Source: Paraspadella gotoi
Lineage: Eukaryota; Animalia; Chaetognatha
Length of the DNA stretch: 64,000 nucleotides
Assembly: GCA_051294375.1 (NCBI GenBank)
Contig: JBJCIZ010000009.1
Location: 80,184 to 144,183 of the forward strand
Reading direction: 5' to 3'
A program made the position numbers and the translations under genes. Positions 40,275-51,100 of the stretch are shown in pieces (the stretch's first letter is position 1; each line of letters begins with the position of its first letter). Under the pieces are notes generated by a model, which had not been told where the DNA came from, ran no database searches, and saw only the letters and a program-made list of their open reading frames with translations.

Positions 40275-43200
40275 TCAGACGCCGTCTTCGTTTTGGCTCA
40301 AAAGTTGGTATCGGTTGTTCAACTGATCGGGATCCTCGGCCGCCATGTTGCTGAAATCCTTGAAGACTTCGGAAAAAGTAGCGTCGCCTTAAATCATTTA
40401 AAATCAACTTAAAAATTATGTCAAAATATAAAAAAAAAAAACTCGTCGGAAGAGTCGCGAGTCAAACGTTGTAACCGGAAGTGGGCGTGGCATTTCCTTA
40501 CTCCTTACCCGGATTTCCAAGTTCCGACTCTTTGATCTCCTCGTTGAGTTTGGCCAATCTGAGAAGAGTCACGATGTCGGCGTTGGCGGCGTTGACGGCG
40601 ACGGAAATGGCGTCCAGACCGTTGATGTCGACCACGCTCTGATTGGCGCCTGAAGAAATGGCAAATGGAATCGAGCATTGAAACAATGATTGAAATTAGA
40701 TCGAAATAATTAAAGACCAGAGTAGATCATGATAAAGAGAAAAAGAAACTCCTAACTCTAATGAGACAACAGAAGACTAAAACTCGCCCCGTTTGAGAAA
40801 TTGGCAGACTTGTCCGGTGTGGCCCAGGATGGTTGCGTGGTGCAGCGCCGTTCTCTTCCCGGCGACGTCGGCCGCGTCGAGTTTGGCGCCGTTGAGCAAC
40901 AAGTACTCGCAGGCGGCGATGGAACCGCTCGCCACGGCCTCCATCAGGGGTGTCCGGCCGTCGGCGGGGAAAGGCACGCAGTTGGCGGAAGCCCTGGGGA
41001 GATGGGAAGAAAGTTTAATGAATTATTTAGTTATAAAATATAATGCAACCCGCAGGCCTATTACCTGTGCGCCAAGGCAAGGCACATGACCCTCAAGTTC
41101 CTTTGCCTCGCTGCTCTGAAGAGAAGGCGATCGGGGCTGAAGGAGGCGACGTCTTCGAGGACGTCTTCGCGGAGAGGATCGCCAGAGGCCATGGAGGAGA
41201 TGGAAGGGGAGGAGGAGGAGGGCTCGAGGGATGCGGTTTCGGGGCTGAGGTGAGGAGAGGATGGCGGGTGGGGGGGATTGGGAGATTGGGGTCAGAGTGA
41301 GTGAAGATATAACAGGGTCATATAGCTGTATGAGAATGAGAATATACTGTATGAGAATACTCTAGGGCAATAGAACAAAAAATTTCGCAATTCTGTTGGT
41401 AAAATTAGATTCATTAATCTAGAATTTTTTCTCATTGAATGAATGAGTTTTATTCATTCATTCATTCAATAAATAACTAATAAGCCATCCTTCCCCCATT
41501 CGTTTAGTGACTGATTTATTTTTTAAAAAGAAATTAAAATCATATCGAGATAAATAAAGGGACAACTATAATTCTAACCTCATCAATCCGACGTCGGCTT
41601 CTTTGGAATCCTCGTTGCCCGCGGATCGAATCCTCCAAGGAGCGACACCGTCGAAGACTAAGATCGAGTCGCTCGTTTCCGGCGTCGAACGAGACGACGA
41701 CGACGCCGTCGCCAAAACAGTTTGCTGCGTCCGCGACGCCGCTTTTTCCGGCGTCGGCGACGCCGCGTTCGACGCTGAGGACGGATCGACGTTTTCGATC
41801 CTCACTTCGACCTCCGCGGCGCCGACAACGACGTCAGCGCCGTCGACGATTCGCGGCGCCGACTCGGAAACTGGCGCCGGCGCGAGTTTGTCGTTGTTGT
41901 TGTATCGTTTGGATTCGCGTTTCTTTATCGTCGGCGCCACCGTCCACCGACCGGCGGCGACGGCGAGAGAATTTCGCGACGAGTCGACGCCTTCCCCCGA
42001 ACCGGCATCGATACCGACGTTGGAATCTCCATCGTCGGCGCCGCCGTCGCCCGATTCCGGCGTCAGACGAGGCAGTTGGACGACGAAGCGACGCTCGACG
42101 TATTTGGCTTTGATCCAGGCTTCCTTCTCTGCTCTCGACGAGGAGGAAGAAATGACGGGGACGTCGGGATTCGCCAAGTAGATGGCGTTGACGACGTCGT
42201 TGCCGAGTTCGCCCATCACTGAATAAAATGGAATCGAGGTCGCTCATTCCTTCGATCGATCGAGAATTCCTAACATCTATAATTTTTTTGACATCTATTA
42301 ATCATCATTCCCTTATTTAACTTTATTTCATTCCATTCACTTCATTCATTCATTCCTTCTATTTATTCGTTTCTTTACACAAACCTTTGACCGACTCCGG
42401 CTCCCAAGCGTCGAGAGTCAAAGAACGAACTTTGGAGAGATGAACGCCTGTAAAAAAAAACAAAAAAAACTACGATTAATTTAATTTAATTCAATTAATA
42501 ATTTAATTTAATAAGTCCGAGGTATCGCCTTCCGTCCAGCCCATGATTGACCAATCACGATTCACCATCCTCAGTCTTCACCCAGGGATTGACCAATCAA
42601 CGATTCACCATCCTCAGTCTTCACCCAGGGATTGACTACAATCACGATTCAACCATCCTCAGTCTTCACCCAGGGATTGAACACAATCACGCTTCACCAT
42701 CCTCAGTCTTCACCCAGGGATTGACCAATCACCGACTTCACCATCCTCAGCTCTTCACCCAGGGATTCGACACAATCACGATTCACCATCCTTCAGTCTT
42801 ACAGGCCACGGGAGCCAGCGTCTCCATCTTCCCCGATTTACCAATCACGATTCACATATCCTCAGTCGTTTACCACAGGGATTGGACGCATCACGCTTCA
42901 CCATCCTCAGTCTTCAGCCAGGGATTGACCAATTCAAATATCACCAATCTTAGTCTTTCACCCAGGGATTGACCATCACGTTTTCACCATCCTCAGTCTT
43001 CAAGCAGGGATTGACCAATCACGCTTCACCTCACTCAGTCTTCACCCAGGGATTGACCAATCACGATTCACCATCCTCAGTCTTCACCCAGGGATTGACC
43101 AATCACGATTCACCATCCTCAGTCTTCACCCAGGGATTGACCAATCACGCTTCACCATCCTCAGTCTTCACCCAGGGATTGACCAATCACGATTCACCAT

Positions 43201-44306
43201 CCTCAGTCTTCACCCAGGGATTGACCAATCACGTTCACCATCCTCAGTCTTCACCCAGGGATTACCAATCACGCTTCACCATCCTCAGTCTCACCCAGCG
43301 ATCGATGAATCCCCGAACATTCGATGCAGAGGACGATTCCCAAATTGATGGAGGCCCATCTCGGGTCGGGCAAAGAGCAATCGCAGCATCGATCGTTGCC
43401 GGAGACGGAGACGAGTTGATGGAGGAGGGAGATGTCGCTAGCGTCGCCGTCAGGACTTTGTGGCGGGGGGGGGGGGGGAGGAGAAGAGGTTGGATTAGGC
43501 GTTGATGAGTCACAATGAAGTGGTTTTGTTCTGAAATTCCGGCGTTTTAACAGTCGTGGCTGTCTTTTTCACTTAAAAATTATATAAAGACAAAATATAA
43601 TATTTTTTAAAAAAACTAATAAAACAATTTTCTTATCTTTTCATTCCATTGTTTCCCATGCTTATCTTTTAAACTATTTTTAATTATTAGCTTTTTTAAT
43701 TCAACTCAAACCGGATACAAAGACAGAGCAGACCAAAAAAAATATTTAAAATGAGTCGCGTCAAACTTCGAAAAACCAAACCGCTCAAGGACCTTACCAT
43801 GTCAACGGCCGACCTCGGCTGCCGAGTCGCCGCCAGCGTCGCCCTTGACCCCTTTGCCGGCGGCAGCGGCTGCTGCTGCTGCGGCGGCGTCCTTCTTCGT
43901 CGGCGTCGGCGAATTTCGCGCGGAGAGGCGTCCGTCGGCGAAGCTGTTGCGGGAACTGCCGAGGGAGGCCGGACCGTTGACGGACTCTTGGGCGGCGTGG
44001 CGATAAGCCTGTGAGACGCCGTGCTGGATGGCGGCGATCCAGCGAAGGCATTCCGAGTCGCTGTCCGCCTGAGGGAAGTGGGAAGGGGGCGTGGCATAAT
44101 TGGAAGTAGACGCGAGACCGAAAAGTTGGAAAATTCATCAGCCAGGTTTGGAAATACCTGCAACAAGTGACGAGCGGCTGGGGAAACGACTTCGAAGCAG
44201 AACCTCCGGTCGACGGCGTCGGGGAGAGGTTTGACCGAACAGAGACGGAGGTCGCCTTCCATCACGGTGAAGCTGGTCGGAGCGGAGAGGGAGGAAGATG
44301 ACGCCA
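40275..44306 (-). CDS. ACAP: ACAP / centaurin-beta Arf-GAP (PH C-half, ArfGAP, ankyrin repeats); 5' exons (BAR, PH N-half) not in window
   Basis: [52 protein letters not shown]|[62 protein letters not shown] and [17 protein letters not shown]. Confidence 0.93.
42545..43297. repeat. 42-bp minisatellite (~18 copies) in an ACAP intron
   Basis: Unit GGGATTGACCAATCACGATTCACCATCCTCAGTCTTCACCCA. Confidence 0.95.
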
Positions 44307-45125
44307 CTGTTGAGGAGGAGATGATAAAAGAGGAAATAAATGAACATCGTCAGGCCTGTCAATAAAAGTGGGAAACACTTGATCAGTAAGTAGGGCCAAA
44401 ATTGATCACTTTTTATATAAATATAAATTTCATTTGTCCATCATAAAATTAATCAATATCTACTATCACTTTTTCAACTAGTGAAGCACATTATAACCTT
44501 GAAGCATTTAAATATTTATCAATTGCATAGGCAATGAAAAAAATGCGTTTTTCAATATTTCTTCATTCAACTTCAAAANNNNNNNNNNNNNNNNNNNNNN
44601 NNNNNNNNNNNNNNNNNNNNNNNNNNNNNNNNNNNNNNNNNNNNNNNNNNNNNNNNNNNNNNNNNNNNNNNNNNNNNNTGTCGTACTGAAACGACTGTTT
44701 ATTACTTTGTAAATTTTTTATTCTTTGCTTCGTAGCATTGAATTTAATTTTTTACCGTATAAATACTACGGACGAACACGTGACGCTGCAGTTTACGTTT
44801 GAATTTTAAATCCTTTCACCACGATCTCGGAACTTCGTGACGCGTAGTACAGTGTAAAACCTGTGTTACTATTACTGACGTTAATTACTCAGTCTTGGTG
44901 TCGGTCGGTACACGAAAGCCGTCCGAACGGAATCCTGCATTTTCGTTTTGTTCACTGTACGGACGAGAGTCTGTTTTAAAATGTTTTAATCTTTCAAATA
45001 ATTTTATATTACTTTACAGGAGTTCCAAATACCTGTTGCAATATATCTTTACTGTTCTTCTTATCTCTGCTTTTCTCTGCTGACGTACTATCACTCTTCG
45101 CCATCAATCCGAATAAAGGTACAAA

Positions 45126-48116
45126 ATGGATTACATTAAATTCTTGAGAATCGAGATAATTTAAATGAACGAGGGATTAGGAGAATAGTTCATGAACTTA
45201 TGAAAGATATTGAAAACTTTGAGCGACTGAGTTAGTCTCGAGGGCTTTGAGGCTTGAGCGAGAGTTAAACTAGCGGTCCACTCCGTATCTGGGTGACGAT
45301 TGACCGCTAGGATACCAACGAGTGCCCTTCAAGGTGTTGAGACATTAACAAAGGCGGTCAGGGCTTACACTCACTTAGGGACTGACAGAGTGACGTACGT
45401 TATGGATAGAGCCAGGAGAGTGCTATCTGACCGTACCCCACGAATCCTTACCCGATCTACTGCATCTATTCCACTTACTCGCGCTCCTGCAGTTCAATTT
45501 CCCGATATTTTTGACGAACTGAATCCCAGATCAAATGTCGGGTTTTCAATCCCAGATAACTTTTTTCAAAGCATGTCACTGTTACGCACTTGTTCGCCTG
45601 ATATGAGTTTGGAACCAGCTAGGAATCCTGTTCGGGGTAAGGTCCGTCCCTCGCATAAAACAAATGACTGTCATTCCGACTTACCTGACCGTTCTGACTG
45701 TACTAACTGTCTTAACGTTGAAAAATTACCTAAGAAAAAATCTACCCACCCACCCACCCGTGAATCCTTAACCATTCCAAAACAAGTAGTAAATAACGAT
45801 AGTGACTACAGCGATGACGAATACTCCGGTAATGAATCGGAAGCATCGGAATTATCACAACAAAGGGTTAGTTTAGAAAGACAGATGGACGAGACAAAAC
45901 GTAGACTTGAGGTGATTCAACAGGAAGAATTACAAAATTACGAACGCGAACGTCAGAAAAGAGAAAGAAAATTTTCTAGAGAAAAAATAAAATTAGAAAG
46001 GGAATTTTTAGAACAAGTAAAGAAACTTGAAAATAAAAATCGTGAGGAAAATATAAAATTAGACAGACGCTTTTTGAAAGACGATCAAAAACGTAAAGAT
46101 AATTTAGTTGAGAAAACGACGGCGATAGAAACCGTTAGTACTAATATAAATAATTCTGAAAAGTCTGTTCGCGCATCTGCAGCGACAACAAAAACGTTTC
46201 ACGTTTTGCAACTGGACTCCGTGAAAAATCACGACGCCACTACCCATCCGATTCGCGTCTCCGTAACTGAAACGAATCCACGAAGCTTGGAGCATATGTC
46301 CACGCCATCCCATTTGAATGAGGTAAATTCAAATGTTACTAATTCAGGTAATTTAGACTCTGTGAATAGAATTACAGTCTCGTCTGCTTTTACTAATAAT
46401 AATTTCAATTCAACCGCTAATAATCTCGGGGTTGGATTTAATTCAAATCAAAACAATCTTGCTTTCCCTAGCTTTAACAATCATTCTCAAAGGCAATTCA
46501 CGAGTCCTTTTCCTATTCAGTCAAATGAATTCCAAACAATCTCACAGCCTTCTTTAAATCTTTCTATTCCACCACCACTTAATCCATTAGCGCCAGTTTT
46601 TGCACAAAACTTATCGATGCCTCCCGTTGAACCCACGTTTCTAGAGCCATCTGTCGGATTTTCACAAAACTATCCAATCCCTCACTTGACTCAAAGCGCA
46701 ACTGCTGTTCCAATCAATCTACTTCCTACTTTTTCAACACCTCAAGTAACGATGACGACAAACGTCCACCCAAGCAACCTTACCATGGGACAGAACACAC
46801 AATACTACTTGCCCCCAAAGTTTAGTAGTCAAACTTACCAAACATTACCTGGAGCTTTCCCGACCAACAATGCTATAAATAGTTCAAGCTTATTAAATGA
46901 AAATAGTGCATTCAATAAATTATGCAACATTCAGTTACAACAACACGCGTACAACATGATGGTTCAGAGACGACCTAAAACAAAATTTTCAGGCAAAGAT
47001 AAATCTATTGACTTTGAGACGCAAATGGCTTTGTTTGACGCTCTAACGAATATCGAGGGAATCACGGATGAAATGAGACTTAATGAGCTTAAAGAATACT
47101 TCTCAGGTGACGCACAAATTATTGTTTCTCATTACGAAACGTCTAACGACTATACTGAGGCCCTAGGAAACGTAAAAAAAGCATTAAAATTAAACTTTGG
47201 TCGCAAAGTGTTCACAGCAAGACAACTATTAGATGATCTCCTTAAAGGACCTAAAATTGACACACGTGACTTCAGTGCTGTACAAACCTTTATTTTAGAT
47301 TTAGAACGGATTTATTTAAAAGCAAAAGATACAGGCAGGGACTCTACCTTTTCAACTCAAGAAATATATGCAGAAATAATTAGCTGCAAATTTCCAGATT
47401 GGGCATTTGCTTGGGCTAAGCAATGTATCGTTTTTGAGCAAGATACATTAGATCGTAATGGAGATACTGAAGAGGTGGTTATGAAATTTCCACAATTTAT
47501 TTCATTTCTTAAACGATCTAAAAAAATACAGGAAAGAAAGGCATTTTTTCTTAAACCCAAAGAACAAGCTAAAACATCTCAAGCTCCTACCACAACCACT
47601 ACTAGACAAACAACTTATCAATCATCTCGCAATCAACCTTACACTGCGCGACTTGCAGCCGCATCTTCAGCATCTCCCGCTGGCGCTCAGACATTTCCGA
47701 ATCCTAACATTAACCCAAAATCTCACCCTCCGCAATCACAACCAGCAAAATTTCAAAACAACTTTACTTCTCGTTCTACAAATACACAATCCACTCAGCC
47801 TGTCCCTTCACAATCTCTGTCAAACTCAAATCCTTGTCCAGCTTGTAATTTTCCACATAACCTGGCATTCTGTAGAAAATATCTCAGCATGTCTCACGAA
47901 TCTAAACACGCTTTTCTAAAAGAAAAATACTTATGCTATATTTGTTTAAACAAAGGCCACTCAACTCTTCACTGTCGTTCACTGTTAGGCTGTAAAGTGT
48001 GTGGAGGTAGGCATCACGCAACCTTACATATCAATTCTGCAACTAATACCACCGCAGCAGCACCAGTAACAGCATCTGCAGCTGCACCTGAGGACACTGA
48101 AAATTCCTCCTCTTGA
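45126..48116 (+). CDS. gag: Pao Gag with three C-terminal zinc knuckles; true start probably ATG 45126 (indels at ~45140-45330 relative to other copies)
   Basis: CPACNFPHNLAFC, CYICLNKGHSTLHC and CKVCGGRHHATLH. Copies at 5.8 kb and 57.1 kb restore MDYIKFFENRDNLNERG...FERLSYEVDADKVNGSVLGEIDVRKRVLQGVE. Confidence 0.9.
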
Positions 48117-51100
48117 CTCGCGGCGGCGTATGCCACAACAGGAGCATTCAGACCAGTCGTTCCCATAATGATAATTCAAGGTGATAAAAAAATTGTGACA
48201 TACGCCCTTCTTGATTCAGGCGCGACACGATCCGCCATTTCTTCTAATATTGTTAATAAATTAAATCTCATGACTTACTCACTTTTTACAAATCTCACAA
48301 CTTATGATTCCGTTTCACGTAGTTGGAGGGACTACGTTGACATTAAAATTTGTCCTTTAGATGAATCCTTTATGACAGAAATAAATCGAGTCTTAGTTGG
48401 TGACATATTAACAACAGAATTAGATAGACCATGTCGCAACCATGAAATCACTGACTATACATATATGTCGGATGTAAAATTTGATGAACTTGAAAATGAT
48501 GCTATAGAAGTTATACTTGACGCTAAAATAGCCTTTGCCTGGGTTGGAGGTGATACTCGTATAGGGCCTGAGGGTTATCCAATTGCATTAAAAACTAAAT
48601 TTGGCTGGACTTTGATTGGAGCAAGCGAAACTAATAACTCTGACGACCACATCCACTGTTGTTCAATAACACCAGAATATGATCATCTTGAATACCAAAT
48701 CCAAACAATTTTCCGTCATGACTTTTTAATGAGAGGCACTGAAATATACCCATCAGAGGTCACTCACCCATCTGAGATGGATTTAGAAGCTATTAGACAA
48801 CTTGAAGAAGGAATAAGTTACAATGAGAAAACAGGTCACTACATAGCTCCGACACCATGGAAACTGGGGAGGAGTGAAACTGCTAAGATATTTAGAGAAC
48901 TTAAGTCAGCAACGATAGAAAATGCAAAAAATAGGGCCATAAAGACTGCAAGAAAATTGAGTAAGGATCCAGAATTATTAGAGGGAGTTTTTAATACTAT
49001 GGGAGAGACAATCAGTGATGGTCAAGCCCGCAGAGCAACCAATTTCAATCTAGATGACGATGAACCAGAATATTACACTCCAATCCTCGTAGTAACCCGC
49101 GCCGACAAGCCGGGTAAGTTCCGCATCTGTCAAGATGCTGCATCCAAAACAAAAGGCACATCTTTGAACGACTACCTTATTTCTGGTCCAGATAATTTAA
49201 ATCCACTCATCGGCATACTCTTGAAATTCAGAAAACACATGGTCACACTTTCAGCTGATATTAAAGGCTTTTTCCACCAAATTGAGATCCATCCAAAAGA
49301 CGTAGCGGCTTTTCGTTATTATTTTTACACTGACAAAACTATGAGCAAATTGGAAATTCACGAGAGTCTTGTACAAATCTTTGGAGGGGGGGGTAGTCCA
49401 ACTATAGCTAACTTTGTTCTCCGGTATCATGCTAAAATCATTGAAAATGATTATCCTCCCGAGATTATTTTAGCAATGTTCATTAAATTCTATATGGATG
49501 ATTATCTTGATAGCGTTGAAAATGTTGAAATTGCTAGAAAAATGAAAAAATTACTTACCCAAGCCTTAAAACGGGGGGGGTTTGAACTCTTAAAATGGAA
49601 ATCATCTCACCCTGATTCTCTTATCTCCTCAGATGACGAAGAGGAACCGGCATCAAATGCTGAGTCATGCAGAGAAAATCTTACAAAGCCGACGTCGTCT
49701 GGATCGAAGTCGGACGAGACCAAAGGTGAAGAATTGGAAGATGATTTGAGTTCCATTTGTGAAAATGCATTACCCGAGGACCCAAACCTTGAGGAACATA
49801 ACGATAAAATTTTAGGAATAGGATACTCTTTTAAAGCTGACACATTCTTTGTTAGGATAACTGAAAGGGCTAAAATTGAGGCTAAAACTCGTAGGCAAAT
49901 GATGAGGCTTATAGCGTCAGTTTATGACCCTCTCGGGTTTGTTTCCCCGTATATTTTGAAAGGAAGGATTAGTTTTCAAAAAGCAACTAGCCTGAAATTA
50001 GATTGGGATGACACTTTACCAGATCATATTTTCAAAGAGTTTGATATTTGGAGAAACAAAATTTTTCATTTAAAACGCATTAGAATCCCACGTTGGACCT
50101 CCATATTAGGCCTTGACGTATTCTACACTGAGTTGTTAATATTTTGTGATGCAAGTATTGATGGTTACGGAATGATAGCATACATAAAAAAATCAAACAA
50201 AGATTGTTCTAACTGCCATATTTCAATATTGTTAGCCAAATCCCATGTTGTTCCGCTGCAGATGCAACGAAACATTATTGAAAACCAAGAAGAGCATCAC
50301 GATAGCATCCCACGCTTGGAATTAAATGCGGCAAGGTTAGCGGCTCAAATGAGAGACCTAATTGTCAGGGAATCTGGGGAAAAGTTTGATCAGATTTATA
50401 TGTTTACAGATTCAATGACTATATTAAAATGGATTAATGATTGTATGACGAGGTTCAAAACCTTTGAAAATTTTCGTTTAAAAAAAATTCGTTCTCTCTC
50501 CAACATTTCAGAATGGCGACACATACCCGGCGAAGAGAACCCGGCAGATTTAGCGAGTCGCGGCCTCGAAGCTGATGACGACGCAAATTGGAGAAAATTT
50601 CATTTTGGACCAACGTGGCTCAACTTACCCGAAGCTGATTGGCCAGTAAGCACCAGTAATAAATCCGTAAAAAAGAAAGCGTCTCAGAACCAATCAGAGT
50701 CAGCCACGATCAATGCAGCAGCTTCACCCAACTCACTTTCACTCAATTCATCCACCCCGGATGTGATTATAACACCCGCTCAAACTCCGTCACAAAGTAT
50801 CACAAAATCCCTTTCACCTGATTCGTCAGAAATCACTGCTCTTTCCTCATCCTATTCCTTACACTCTTCTTCCATTCACAATTCATTTCAAACTTATAGT
50901 GAAAGTTGTGAATCAAGCGATTCGAATTATCTTTCTTCGTCAGACAATAAAATGATCAATTCTTTACATTTTCAGAGTATTTTCTCTCCCATCGAACTCT
51001 GCATCGTCGGAGCAACTCGAGAGTATCCGAACCTCGAAAAAGATAATTCTCAAGAATCCTGGTGTCTTAAGATCACAGAGAAGCTCGAAAATTGGTCCTC

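Noticed and set aside
41603-42247. Overlapping ORFs on other frames or strand in GC-rich exons (also 36520, 40793, 43751)
   Set aside because: Shadows of ACAP and RRM coding exons.
42547-43505. ORFs with a 14-aa repeat ([14 protein letters not shown]), or a CRISPR-like array
   Set aside because: A head-to-tail minisatellite without spacers, in an intron and antisense to ACAP.
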